From an uncultured virus (IMG/VR IMGVR_UViG_3300034072_002082) (taxonomy: Duplodnaviria; Heunggongvirae; Uroviricota; Caudoviricetes), in IMG/VR virus record IMGVR_UViG_3300034072_002082: a DNA stretch of 64,000 nt. One strand, 5' to 3'. The position numbers and the translations under genes are program-made. Positions 28,724-38,569 of this stretch are shown one piece after another. Under the pieces are notes generated by a model. It was not told the origin of the DNA and did not search any database. It saw only the letters and a program-made list of their open reading frames with translations. Each line of letters starts with the position of its first letter. Position 1 is the stretch's first letter.

Positions 28724-30013
28724 TCAAGCGACGTGCTTGAGGATGCACCAAGGCTCGATGCCTTGGGGAATGTTGTGGGCGTCATAGTCGACGCGGCTGG
28801 CGAAGTCGGAGCCAGCGTGGATGCTCCAGCGCCCCGGGGCAACGTCGACATGGACAATGTTGCCCGCGTAGCTCTTCTCGTGATGCCCTTTGCGGTCGTC
28901 GTCGGCCACGTCAGCATCGACCATGGAAAGGTAACGGTCGAGCTCTTGCTCGGGGTTGGTGCATCCGCTCTTGGCCATCAGCGAGATGGCCGTGGCGCGG
29001 TCGAAGGCAAAGACGCGCCAGACGTCACAGGAGAACGTGCCGATAAAGTTCCAGCCTGGAATGATCGGGTGGTCGTTCTCGTCAGCCGGGAAATCGTCCT
29101 GAGCGTAAGCCTCGGTGACCATGAGAGCCGACTTGTCGGCGCTCTGGAACACTGCAACGCAAGTGTTTGAGGTTTGCGTGTAAGCGATCTGGTGCTCGTT
29201 GGCGTGCGCGCTGATACGGGCCGTCTGGCCAACCTCAGTGTTGAGCGAAAGGGTCTTGTATTCGCGATCGTCGTCGAAATCGGTCGCCTGAACAAAGCCC
29301 TCAACACGCAGGGCATCTGTGAGTATCAGCTTGCCGGTGGGCACGTCGAATTCGGCTGTGACCAGTTCGATCTCAGCGACATCCTGCGCCGGGACCAGTT
29401 CGTGGCTGTCGTCATAGACCATGAGCTTGGCGGTCCAGTTCTCGAACTGAAGCACGCACAGGTCTCCGGTCTTGGCGTCCGTCATGCGGATGCCCCAGCC
29501 AAATGTGTCATCGCTGCTGGTGCCTTCGTCGAGAGCAGCGCAGATGCTCTCCCAGGTTGCAATCTGCTGTTCCTTCGACGGAAGGCGGTGCTTGCCGGGA
29601 ACGTAGTCCGGAGACTGGCGACGGGAATAGCGGTCCTTGTCCATGCGGAGGAACGCCTTGGTCCAGATCGAAGCCAGACCGTCGAGCAGCCATTTGCGTG
29701 TGTAATCACCTTCCTCGCCGGTCACGAGCGCATTCCATGCGCTGACGAGGGGAAGTTCGCGGCCCGCAAGGCCTGTGGCGGCGCCAAGGCGCTTCTGGCT
29801 GAGCAGGTCATCGAGCTGCTGAGCGACGGCTGCAAGGAAGATCACCTTGTGGGCTTCAATGCGCTTACGGTCGCGCTGGTCGAGGTCGTTGGCAGCCTTC
29901 ATGGCGGTTTGGTTTTGAGCGGTCGCCTGACCGTTGAAATCGTTTGAACGCCACCAGGCGGCGTCAGCAACATCAGCGAAGGTCTCAAGCGGGTAAAGGT
30001 TGGCAAAAGCCAT
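28724..30013 (-). CDS. hypothetical protein
   Basis: 429-aa ORF; GGAGGAAATC-ATG; terminator at about 28677-28706. Confidence 0.75.
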   Translation of the reverse strand: MAFANLYPLETFADVADAAWWRSNDFNGQATAQNQTAMKAANDLDQRDRKRIEAHKVIFLAAVAQQLDDLLSQKRLGAATGLAGRELPLVSAWNALVTGEEGDYTRKWLLDGLASIWTKAFLRMDKDRYSRRQSPDYVPGKHRLPSKEQQIATWESICAALDEGTSSDDTFGWGIRMTDAKTGDLCVLQFENWTAKLMVYDDSHELVPAQDVAEIELVTAEFDVPTGKLILTDALRVEGFVQATDFDDDREYKTLSLNTEVGQTARISAHANEHQIAYTQTSNTCVAVFQSADKSALMVTEAYAQDDFPADENDHPIIPGWNFIGTFSCDVWRVFAFDRATAISLMAKSGCTNPEQELDRYLSMVDADVADDDRKGHHEKSYAGNIVHVDVAPGRWSIHAGSDFASRVDYDAHNIPQGIEPWCILKHVA

Positions 30014-30163
30014 GATTTCCTCCAGCTAATTTGGATGCACTGGAAGGACGAAATCTTCGGTCAACAAAGTCACTCTTGAATGGATATCATGTGACGCAGA
30101 ACACTACTTTGTAAGATATAGATTGTGATAAATTGTTTACCTCTCGATTCGAGGAGGCTGACA

Positions 30164-31009
30164 ATGGTGGATTTTCAATACCTCGATGCTGATCCAAATT
30201 CTCCTGATGAAACGGTTTACCAGGAAGAGATAGGACCACAAATTACTGATCGAGCAAGGGAAGAAACAACGGCAGGCAAGAAAGCTGATTTTGTTGTTCC
30301 GCCTGATGTACATTTTCTGAAGCTATATGGATGCTGCGGTGGTGACGGCGGATCACCCGGAGAGAGTTCCAGAGCCTCGCAAGTTCCTGGTGCTGGTGGC
30401 AAAGGTGGGACTGGTTACTTACCATCGTATTGGGCAGACAAGGACGGCAGGCGCGATATACCGGTCAATCCAGGGCAGGTGTTCACAGTTGAGATTGGTG
30501 CAGGGGGCGCATCTGGCCAAGTTGGCGGTCAAACCATTTTTGCAGAAAAACCTGAAGCTGGTGTCCCAGGAAAGAAGTACGTTTTCAGTTCTGAAACATC
30601 AAAGCAGGTTGCAGGTGGCGGGGCAGCAGCCCGTGGCCGTGACGCACCAGGTGTTGGTAAAAGCGTCAATGGGCCGAACGGCAACTTTCCCGGAGGATCC
30701 GTCTGGCAAAGGCTAGGCCATCAGGATAATCACTGGGGCGGCGGCGGCGGAGGCGGCGGTGCTGGACGGGGGCCCGGCGGTAACGGCGGGGCTGGAGGTT
30801 GCGACGGCGGAACTGAGATCGCCATGGGCGGCACAGGCAATCCTGACTTTCAGCGTGCCCACAGTGGTCAGCCTGGCAGCGATGCTCGTGGCAATTGCGC
30901 AGGCGGTGGCGGTGGCGGTGGCGCAGGGGACACCGACAAGGATGGCGGCGTCGGTGCGGGCGGTCCCGGCGGGCGTGGTGGGGACGGTTATCTCGTCATC
31001 CTGTGGTAA
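30164..31009 (+). CDS. glycine-rich domain protein
   Basis: GAGGAGG RBS; FVVP..V, IPVNPGQ.FTV.IGAGG and GG.GGDGYLVILW pattern typical of glycine-rich domains. Confidence 0.75.
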   Translation: MVDFQYLDADPNSPDETVYQEEIGPQITDRAREETTAGKKADFVVPPDVHFLKLYGCCGGDGGSPGESSRASQVPGAGGKGGTGYLPSYWADKDGRRDIPVNPGQVFTVEIGAGGASGQVGGQTIFAEKPEAGVPGKKYVFSSETSKQVAGGGAAARGRDAPGVGKSVNGPNGNFPGGSVWQRLGHQDNHWGGGGGGGGAGRGPGGNGGAGGCDGGTEIAMGGTGNPDFQRAHSGQPGSDARGNCAGGGGGGGAGDTDKDGGVGAGGPGGRGGDGYLVILW

Positions 31010-31045
31010 CTCAGATGTTTCAGTCGAGCAAGGCCGGCTGAAAGC

Positions 31046-31081
31046 AAAAACCCTCGCCTGCGTGCTTGCAGGCGAGGGTTC
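31046..31081. terminator. intrinsic terminator between convergent genes
   Basis: AACCCTCGCCTGC-GTGCTT-GCAGGCGAGGGTT. Confidence 0.8.
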
Positions 31082-31097
31082 TGATTAATCTTCGAGA

Positions 31098-31367
31098 TCA
31101 AGCTGCCTTGGCGGTCTTCGCAGGGCCAAGAATGCGCAGCAGGTTCTTGCCGTCGAACTGGGCGGTGACGGTGACCGTCTTGCCCTTGCGCAGCAACGAG
31201 CGGACGCTGTCGCGGGCCTTGCCGAAGGCCATGACGGTCACGTCTGCCTCGTTGCCGTTCTTGTAGAACGCGCGGGACTCGCGGATCGTCGAGTAGCGCT
31301 GGCCGTTGACGGCGGTCTTGGTTTCAACCGAACCGAGACGCACCTTGAGCTGGATGATGGCTGCCAT
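31098..31367 (-). CDS. small OB-fold/SSB-like protein (paralog D)
   Basis: GQRY...VTVMAFGKARD.V..LLRKGKTVTV..FDGKN..RILGP; ends KAA. Confidence 0.78.
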   Translation of the reverse strand: MAAIIQLKVRLGSVETKTAVNGQRYSTIRESRAFYKNGNEADVTVMAFGKARDSVRSLLRKGKTVTVTAQFDGKNLLRILGPAKTAKAA

Positions 31368-31470
31368 GTTGAAATCGTCCTTTGTCTTGAATTTTCATAT
31401 CCCGGAGTGGGATCGCATTTTGAATTTTCGCGAAACCGGGGTCTGGGGCAGGCGGCCCCTGATCAGCGCG
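31368..31470 (-). promoter_or_regulatory. structured leader D
   Basis: mRNA-sense GGGGC...GCCCC-AGACCCCG...ATCCC/GGGAT hairpin...GAAAATTCAA...AAGGA. Confidence 0.65.
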
Positions 31471-31519
31471 GCTGGCTGCGGTGGTCTGCCCGTCCCTTGC
31501 GCTGCAGGTGACCGGGCTG

Positions 31520-32098
31520 TCAGGCGGCCCAGGCCGAATCCACCGCCGGCGAGAACTCGGGACGAGGCGCCCGGCGGATGCGCATGGTCAGCATGACCGA
31601 CTGCTTGGCTGCATCGATGAGGTCGATGGTCTTCTGCGAGAAGACAACCAGCGGTCCATAGATCGTGGTGAGGCCGCCTTCGTGCGCCTCCACGTTGATC
31701 GTGAGCATACGTCCAGTACGCGAGCGACCCTCGTCAACGTAGGTGACGACGCCGGTGATCAGGCTTGGGATGTCGAGGCCGTGCTTGAAGCTGCGGCGCA
31801 GCGGCTTCTCAGGAGCGGGCTTGGCGCCGCCGAATGGGCCTGCATGGGCCTTGGCAGCAGGCTCCGGCCAGACAAAGGCGGATGCCTCCTGAAAGGCTGC
31901 GAGCGGATTGCGGAGCAGAGCCTCGCTGATGTCGGCAAGCGTCAGGCCATACTTGGCCAGAAGACGCGTGAAGCCACCGAGGGCAGCGATCTGGTCCGAT
32001 CCTTCGGCCAGAGCGAACATGTTCCAGGCTGCAGCGACGCGGCGGTCGTTGAAGGCATCGCGCATGGCGGCTGGGACGTTCTGAGGACGGTCGGTCAT
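31520..32098 (-). CDS. hypothetical protein with possible C-terminal OB-like domain
   Basis: ITGVV...GR...GPLVVF beta-rich C-terminus; ends WAA. Confidence 0.6.
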   Translation of the reverse strand: MTDRPQNVPAAMRDAFNDRRVAAAWNMFALAEGSDQIAALGGFTRLLAKYGLTLADISEALLRNPLAAFQEASAFVWPEPAAKAHAGPFGGAKPAPEKPLRRSFKHGLDIPSLITGVVTYVDEGRSRTGRMLTINVEAHEGGLTTIYGPLVVFSQKTIDLIDAAKQSVMLTMRIRRAPRPEFSPAVDSAWAA

Positions 32099-32206
32099 GC
32101 GCGGGTTTCCTTGAACCATGGGGATTTGCTCGAACCCTTGGGCAAATGGCGCAGCCAAAAACCCCGGCTCCTCTGCAGAGGAGCCGGGGTCTTGATGTGG
32201 GCCCGA

Positions 32207-35086
32207 TCAGGCCGCGACTGCGAGTTCCTCGCTGACGCTCTCGAAGCAACCGAGCATCTGCTCGATGTCTTCGATGGTGATGCCATCGCACAGTTCCACG
32301 GTGCGGTGGGGCATGATGATCTCCGACAGCCCGCTCTTGCGGCGGTGCTTGGCCATCATGAAATTCTCGATCGGCGAGTTCATCACGAAGCGGTAGACCT
32401 CAATCACCTTGGTCTGATTGCGGCGGGTCGCGCGGCCGATGCCCTGGCGCTCAACCATGGGGTTCCACCATGGCTCAGCGAAAAAGATGGCATCAGCTTC
32501 GTTGAAGTCGAGCGAGCGGCCACCGGACTTGGTGGTCATCAGGATGATCTGGGCATCGCCTGCCTTGAACTTGTTCTCGGCAACCCGCTTGTCGGCCTTG
32601 TTCATGCGTCCGTCGTAGTGGACGGCGGTCATGCCATGCTGACGCAGGACCGATCCCAGCAGGTCGAGGTGGCTCGTCCAGCTCGAGAAGACGATGATGC
32701 GCTTGCCCTGGTCGACGAGGTCAGCAGCCTTGTCGACAATGGCCTTGGTCTTGGGCGAGATCTTGTACGGCGAGACCGGACCCGAGACGCCACCTGGCAT
32801 CAGCAAGGGGTTGCACGACAGCTGACGCTCGCGCGTCATGCTGAGCATGATCGACATGCCAAGCTGTGCCGCGCCGCGGCCGCTCTTGCGGACGTCATCG
32901 AGCTTCTTCTCAAAGCGCTTGCGCTTGAGAGCAGACAGGACCGAGTAGGTCTTGGTCTGAGCCTTGGTCATTTCGACGTTGATCTCGTGCACCACAGGCG
33001 TCGGGATCTTGTCGTCGTAACGGGCCAGAATGAACGGCGAGGTGAGGGCATTCAGCCGGTTTGCTGCAACAACGTCCGCATCATCCATGATCGGCGAGGT
33101 GAAGACCTTGTGGAAGGCCGGCAACGTGCCGAACACGCCCGGGTTCGCGATCGACATGAGCGTGTAGAGGTCGTCGTAGGAGTTCTCGATTGGCGTTGCC
33201 GTCATCGGAATCTTCTGCACGGCCTCGATGGCTGCGATCGACTTGGCTAGATGGCTCTTGGCGTTCTTGGCGTCCTGAGCCTCGTCCAGAGCCACTATGG
33301 TCCAGCGACGGTCACTCAGCGGGCAGCTGGAGCGATGGATCAGGTCATGGGTGGTGATCACGATGTCACCGACCTCTGGGGTCGGCCGTGACTTGCCCCA
33401 CCACATGTGAACCGGCAGCCCGTCGAAGTTCTTGGCGATGTCGGCATGAATCTTCTCAAGGGCTGCGCTGGGTACGACCAGCAGAGCACCCTCATCGAGA
33501 AGGCCAGCTTCACGCAGCGAGGCGATGTGAAGCATGATCTCGGTGGTTTTGCCGAACCCGGTACCATCGGCAAGGATGCCGCCGTAGCCGTGGTTGAACA
33601 GGGTGCGCATCCAGCGGGCTGCGGCCAGCTGGCGGTCGTCCTGCTCACCGACGAAGCAGGCAGGATAGAGGATCTGCTCCTGCTCGCCGACACGCATGGC
33701 GTTGAGCAGGCGCAGCAGGCCGTCAGGGGCAGTGAGGCCGATGTTCATCGACAGGTTGGCAAGATCGGCAAGCGATCCCAGGTCCACAGGGGCCGACCCA
33801 TAGCCGCGACGCGACATGAGGATGCGGCGCAGGGCAACACCCAGCGAAATGAAGTCGTCAGCCTTTAGGAGAAGGATTTCTCCGGTCTCGCTGCGCATCG
33901 GCACTTCGCCATTGCGAACGTAGCGCTGGAGGAAGGCTGCAGCCTCGATGTCATCGGCCATTTCGGGGATATCGATGATCATCTCTGCCAGCGGCTCGAT
34001 GATGCTGCTGGTGGTATCGCCCTCGAAGATGTCGAGCTGATAGTCATGCTCGTGCGCGCCGATGGCGATGTTGAGCTCCAGCTGCGAAATGCGGCGGAGG
34101 GAAATGGCCCAGTTCGCAGCCTCGCTGATGGTCCAGCCTTCGCTGGCCAGGCGTTCGGATTGCTGCTCCTGGAAGAGGGCTGCATCGACGTCTGCGTCAG
34201 CGCCTGCGAAGGTCATGACGCCCTTGGCGTCCGTCTTGTTGAGGCCCTGCTCAGCAGCTTCCTTGAGGATGCGCTTTTCGGCCGAGACGTTGCGCTTGAT
34301 GACGGTGACGGTGTTGGTTTCAGGGTCAAACGCCCGGGCCTCGCCGCCCTCGCCGAGGTCGCCCACGAGCGCACCTTCGTAGTCTGCAGTAATGCGCGCA
34401 ACGGGCTTGTCCCCGTCGCGTTCGAAGGTGATGCGCTTCTTTGGGCGCCCCATCTGCCGCTTGACGGCGATCGGGGTGGGCTTTGCAGCGATGGACTGGT
34501 CGGTGACATGGTCGGTCATCGCTTCAGCAAGCGACGCGCTCTGCTCAGGCGAGAGCGGGCCGGAGCGCACAAGGCCCACGGCCACATGGGCGGCCATGTC
34601 CACGAGGATGCGCGAGAGCTTGCCTTCAGCAATACGAACAGGGATGCCGGCATTGTAGATTTCGCTGGGGGAGAGATCGGGCACGAGCACGAAGATCTGC
34701 GTGCCATCGTCCTGCATCACCCACTGCGGAGCGGCAGTCAGGGTCTCGCTTTCGCTGATCGAAGAGTCGTCTTCGAAAGTGAGGCTGTCACTGCGGATCA
34801 AGCCGGCAAGAATGCTCGCGGCGTCCTCGCCTTCGAGCCTGAAGATCGCGTCTTCTGCGCTTTCAGCCTTGGGCAGCGCAAAAATGCCAGCCACGGTCAG
34901 GCGTTCGCTTTCGCTGATACGCAGCGGCATGCTCCAGACGGGCTTGCCGGTGGCAATGTAGCTGAGCTTCAGGCCCAATTGGCCCCTGTCATCCACTTCA
35001 ACCAGATCGAAGCGCACGCGCGGGCCAAACTGCTGGACTGGTGCCTTGCTGAACAACCAGTCAAATGCCCCATGGACTGCACTCAT
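32207..35086 (-). CDS. SNF2/SWI2 family helicase-like ATPase
   Basis: GGILADGTGFGKT, LDEAQ, MTATPIEN, IVFS.W, YDG and EPWWNP..E.Q..GRA.R..Q motifs. Confidence 0.95.
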   Translation of the reverse strand: MSAVHGAFDWLFSKAPVQQFGPRVRFDLVEVDDRGQLGLKLSYIATGKPVWSMPLRISESERLTVAGIFALPKAESAEDAIFRLEGEDAASILAGLIRSDSLTFEDDSSISESETLTAAPQWVMQDDGTQIFVLVPDLSPSEIYNAGIPVRIAEGKLSRILVDMAAHVAVGLVRSGPLSPEQSASLAEAMTDHVTDQSIAAKPTPIAVKRQMGRPKKRITFERDGDKPVARITADYEGALVGDLGEGGEARAFDPETNTVTVIKRNVSAEKRILKEAAEQGLNKTDAKGVMTFAGADADVDAALFQEQQSERLASEGWTISEAANWAISLRRISQLELNIAIGAHEHDYQLDIFEGDTTSSIIEPLAEMIIDIPEMADDIEAAAFLQRYVRNGEVPMRSETGEILLLKADDFISLGVALRRILMSRRGYGSAPVDLGSLADLANLSMNIGLTAPDGLLRLLNAMRVGEQEQILYPACFVGEQDDRQLAAARWMRTLFNHGYGGILADGTGFGKTTEIMLHIASLREAGLLDEGALLVVPSAALEKIHADIAKNFDGLPVHMWWGKSRPTPEVGDIVITTHDLIHRSSCPLSDRRWTIVALDEAQDAKNAKSHLAKSIAAIEAVQKIPMTATPIENSYDDLYTLMSIANPGVFGTLPAFHKVFTSPIMDDADVVAANRLNALTSPFILARYDDKIPTPVVHEINVEMTKAQTKTYSVLSALKRKRFEKKLDDVRKSGRGAAQLGMSIMLSMTRERQLSCNPLLMPGGVSGPVSPYKISPKTKAIVDKAADLVDQGKRIIVFSSWTSHLDLLGSVLRQHGMTAVHYDGRMNKADKRVAENKFKAGDAQIILMTTKSGGRSLDFNEADAIFFAEPWWNPMVERQGIGRATRRNQTKVIEVYRFVMNSPIENFMMAKHRRKSGLSEIIMPHRTVELCDGITIEDIEQMLGCFESVSEELAVAA

Positions 35087-35297
35087 CTGGATCCCTTTCG
35101 TGGAAATGCTAGAATTCGGTCAGCTTTTGAGAGGACCAATGTGTCTCGAGCCTCGTCGGCGAGAGTGCGCACCTGCATGCGAGGCCTGTCGCAAAGGGCG
35201 CGGATCTCCACCGCTGTCTGACCTTGCAAAACAAAAGCCCCGCGCAGCGTGATGCTGCGCGGGGCTCTGTTGTTGCTCGCTCTGGCGAGCCTGGCCG

Positions 35298-35582
35298 TTA
35301 GGCCGCTGCGGCTTCAGCCGGGGCTTCTGCCGGGGCCGGGTCCTTGCGCAGGCCGAGGACGCGGTACGAACCGCCCTGCGGCATGCAGTTCAAGGTCACC
35401 TTGCGGCCCGGCTTGAAGAACTTCTTCACAGCCTCGACGTTTTCCTTGAAAACCATCACCGTGCGCTTTCCGACGACGGTGCCGTCCTTCTTCAGAAGGT
35501 TGCCCTTGCCGACCAGGTAGTCACCTGCCTTCGACGAGTTGCGAGCATGAACTTCGGTGAGCTTGAAAGTGATGTTCGACAT
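35298..35582 (-). CDS. small OB-fold/SSB-like protein (paralog E)
   Basis: AGDY..GKG...KRTVMVF...KPGRKVTL; ends AEAAAA; terminator at about 35233-35265. Confidence 0.72.
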   Translation of the reverse strand: MSNITFKLTEVHARNSSKAGDYLVGKGNLLKKDGTVVGKRTVMVFKENVEAVKKFFKPGRKVTLNCMPQGGSYRVLGLRKDPAPAEAPAEAAAA

Positions 35583-35700
35583 CTTGCTATCTCCTTGTTT
35601 GCAAAGTCAATTTCTTCCCGACTATCGGGAACATAATTTTCACCTGCAGAAGAGGAGGGGAGCACGCTTGCGGGCGTGGGGTGGAACCACCCCGGACCTC
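35583..35700 (-). promoter_or_regulatory. divergent structured leader E
   Basis: mRNA-sense GGGGTGG-TT-CCACCCC-ACGCCCGC...TTCCCGA/TCGGGAA hairpin-GAAATT...AAGGAG. Confidence 0.55.
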
Positions 35701-35840
35701 AGGTGCCTGAGAAATCCCCGCGCGGCTGGTGCTGTCGCGGGTGATCAACTTTGGCCCGCAGCTTGAGCAACAGGCCAAAGAAAAGCCCCGCTCCGGTCAA
35801 ACCGGGCGGGGCTGAAGACGCAAGTTTTGAAGCGGGCGTT

Positions 35841-36638
35841 TTAGGCCGCGTATTGCCCGAATGGACGCCCCGGTTCAGCGGGCTCGGCGCGAAGGTCGAA
35901 GAACTCGCCTGACGGGGCATTGCGGAAGCACTGCGTGTGGGACATCAGTTCCGCAATTGTCAGCCTGCCGGCTTCGGGGTTGTCGTGCCGGACACCTACG
36001 AACGAGCCGGAATCAACGAAAAATACGTTGCCGAGTTGGGTAGGATTTCCAACGATGGTGTGGCCGCAGAAGATGCGGCCAATGCCGCGCACACCCTGGT
36101 TGTCGCGATGTTCGATGCGGCTGCGTCCCCAAAGGGCGGACTTGATGGTCCTCTTGTCGCCAGCTTCGATCGCTTCGATGAAGGTGGGCCAGTCCATGCC
36201 CGGCGGGACTTCACCGTGGACGAGACCGACGAGGCCGCGTGCTGTCTCGATCTCGCGAACGATCGGGAGTTCGCGGAAGGCGAGGATGAATTCCAGCCGC
36301 TCGTCGCACGATAGGCCCATGAACCAGGCCATGCCATTGCGGCTGGTCCAGAAGCGCAGGGCGTCTTCGTCGGGGGTGTCGGTATTCTCGTAAGGCTCCA
36401 TCAGCATGTCTTCATGGTTGCCACGGATCGGGAAGATCGCAGGGTTGCGCATGAAGGCCAGCGCCCGGGGAGATTCAGGACCGCGGTCGACGAGGTCGCC
36501 CACACTGAACAGGCGGTCCCGTCCGAAATCGAAGCCGACGGCGTTCATTGCGGCAGCCACCACCGAGTACGTGCCATGGACGTCGCCGATAACGAAGTCG
36601 CGGCCGGTGAGGTTGGCGGTGTGACGGATGACGCGCAT
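35841..36638 (-). CDS. metallophosphoesterase, PphA/lambda-phosphatase-like
   Basis: GDVHG, GDLVDRGPES, RGNHE, VHG, ALWGR, CGHT and VDSG motifs. Confidence 0.92.
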   Translation of the reverse strand: MRVIRHTANLTGRDFVIGDVHGTYSVVAAAMNAVGFDFGRDRLFSVGDLVDRGPESPRALAFMRNPAIFPIRGNHEDMLMEPYENTDTPDEDALRFWTSRNGMAWFMGLSCDERLEFILAFRELPIVREIETARGLVGLVHGEVPPGMDWPTFIEAIEAGDKRTIKSALWGRSRIEHRDNQGVRGIGRIFCGHTIVGNPTQLGNVFFVDSGSFVGVRHDNPEAGRLTIAELMSHTQCFRNAPSGEFFDLRAEPAEPGRPFGQYAA

Positions 36639-36657
36639 TTCTTTTCTCCTGAAGGGA

Positions 36658-37191
36658 TCAATCGATATGCGCTTCAAAGGGAAAGGTGATGTTCCACATG
36701 CGCTTGGCGATGCCATACTTGGCGTTTATCCGCCGGCGCATGCTGTAGGTCCAAAGGTACATGGGCAGCTCGACAATGGCCGTCAGGCCAAATGCTGCGA
36801 GTGCCACGTAGGCGGCAACGCCATAGAGACCTAACCACAGAGCGTAGGCTGCAAGACCGAGCTTGATGACGGTACTGCCGTTGCCGCCGAAGATGAGGCC
36901 GATCGGCCAGAACAGGCGCCCGGGCAGGAACCGTGCGGCGAGGAAGGCGATAACGCCGACGCCCGAGCCGTAGATGAAGGCGTCCCACAGCGTGTAGCCC
37001 ATCCACAACGTCATAATGGCGATGGCATAGTTCATCGCACCGCCGGGGAATTGGTAGACGGCTTCGACCATCGCCTTCTGCTCGGTCGTCAGATAGTCGT
37101 TGTTGAGGCTGTAGTAGCTGGCCTCAGCGCGGGCATTGGCCACAAGGTGGAGTTCGCGGCGCAGGGCCTCGTCATTCTCACGGTCGGTCAT
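36658..37191 (-). CDS. hypothetical membrane protein
   Basis: Multiple hydrophobic helices; AAGGA RBS. Confidence 0.7.
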   Translation of the reverse strand: MTDRENDEALRRELHLVANARAEASYYSLNNDYLTTEQKAMVEAVYQFPGGAMNYAIAIMTLWMGYTLWDAFIYGSGVGVIAFLAARFLPGRLFWPIGLIFGGNGSTVIKLGLAAYALWLGLYGVAAYVALAAFGLTAIVELPMYLWTYSMRRRINAKYGIAKRMWNITFPFEAHID

Positions 37192-37275
37192 CGGTGTCCT
37201 TTGGAGATGATGCTGTAACGGCCTTATCGAGCAGGTTCTCCCCGGACAACGGTGATTGCCCGGGGAGATATCAGG

Positions 37276-38442
37276 TCAGGCTTCGACCAGCATCAGCTGA
37301 TTATAGCCCAACGTGTAGTCTGAAGCGACCCACTGCGCGCGCATGGCAGCCAGGCGCTGACCCAGAGCTTTGCCTTGGGTCATGCCAGCGGCTATCAGGT
37401 CCCGACCATGGACGGGGAACGTCGGGATATCCCAGCCTTCCAGTACGGCGGCCTGAGCGCTCCAGTAGCGCGTGCGCAGCAGCGACAGGACGGTTGCCTT
37501 GTCAGCGCCTTCGACCAGGTCGCGCTTGGCGGCCGTCAAGTCGTAGTTCGCCGCCAGCCGCGATGCCACGAATGTGGCGGTCTCGCGCTCGTCGCGTGAG
37601 CCCTTCCACTTGATCAGGATCACCGGAGCCTGCGCACCCTGCCAAGCCGCCAGAACGAAGGCAGGCGAGCTGGACGAGGCTGCTGCATCGTCCAGAGTGC
37701 TCAGGTAGCCCTGTGACAGCCCCAGAGCCTTCAGGACGCCGGCTTCATGCATCATGGCAATGATGGACGACGGCGAAGGCGCGGTGATGATGCGCTGCAT
37801 CTCGGACCAGATCCGCTCGACGCTGATGACAGGCAGCATCATGCAGGTGGCAGCAATGGCATCCAGATCGCTCGCCTCGTAGCGCGCGGTGGTGCCAAAG
37901 CGCCCCAGGAAGCGGAACCAGCGCAGGATGCGCAGACGGTCCTCACGGATGCGCTGCACGGCATTGCCGACAAAGCGCACGCGGCGGGCATGGCAGTCCT
38001 CGACGCCGCCGAAAGGATCGATGATCTCGCCTGCCAGCGTCATGGCGATGGCATTGATGGTCAGATCGCGGCGCTCGAGATCGACGACGATGTCGCTGGC
38101 CCACTCGACTTCGGCGTGGCGGCCATCGCACGAGACGTCGGTGCGCAGGGTGGTGATCTCATAGGGTTCGCCACCTGCCAGCACTGTGATGGTGCCGTGC
38201 TGCAGGCCGGTACCGAACCAGCGATAGCCAGCGGCATCGCACAGCGCGATCTGCTCGTCCGGCGTCGCAGTTGTGGCCAGGTCGATATCCTTGGCCGCCA
38301 GGCCCATGATGTGATCGCGAACGCAGCCACCAACCAGCCACATCTTGTGGCCAGCCTTGGCATAGACGGCTTCCAGAGCGTGGAGCTCGACCGGAACGGG
38401 GATGGGCGCGATAGCCATAAGGCGGTTTCCTATCTCGAACAT
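37276..38442 (-). CDS. CCA-adding/poly(A) polymerase family tRNA nucleotidyltransferase
   Basis: VGGCVRD, KDIDLAT, EITTLR, DLERRDLTINA, DPFGG, EDRLRILR and SVERI motifs. Confidence 0.93.
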   Translation of the reverse strand: MFEIGNRLMAIAPIPVPVELHALEAVYAKAGHKMWLVGGCVRDHIMGLAAKDIDLATTATPDEQIALCDAAGYRWFGTGLQHGTITVLAGGEPYEITTLRTDVSCDGRHAEVEWASDIVVDLERRDLTINAIAMTLAGEIIDPFGGVEDCHARRVRFVGNAVQRIREDRLRILRWFRFLGRFGTTARYEASDLDAIAATCMMLPVISVERIWSEMQRIITAPSPSSIIAMMHEAGVLKALGLSQGYLSTLDDAAASSSSPAFVLAAWQGAQAPVILIKWKGSRDERETATFVASRLAANYDLTAAKRDLVEGADKATVLSLLRTRYWSAQAAVLEGWDIPTFPVHGRDLIAAGMTQGKALGQRLAAMRAQWVASDYTLGYNQLMLVEA

Positions 38443-38569
38443 GGTTCGAAAACCATCGCGAAATCATAGATCAGCTTCTGCTGCAAAAGGACATCTCGCG
38501 TTGACGCACTGACGTTCATCGGTCATTTTGAGCGGCAAGGCGCACAGGACGTGCGATTAGGGGGTAATA

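Noticed and set aside
30730..30985. GGC-rich tandem repeats
   Set aside because: Explained by poly-glycine coding.
31481..35221. Long + strand ORFs (31481..33250, 34046..35221)
   Set aside because: Antisense shadows of the SNF2 helicase, typical of high-GC coding DNA; the same applies to many other + strand ORFs in the track.
9343..35700. Repeated leaders or terminators as a CRISPR array or integron attC sites
   Set aside because: They are dispersed, with no regular repeat-spacer period, no cas or integrase genes, and no RYYYAAC/GTTRRRY ends noticed.
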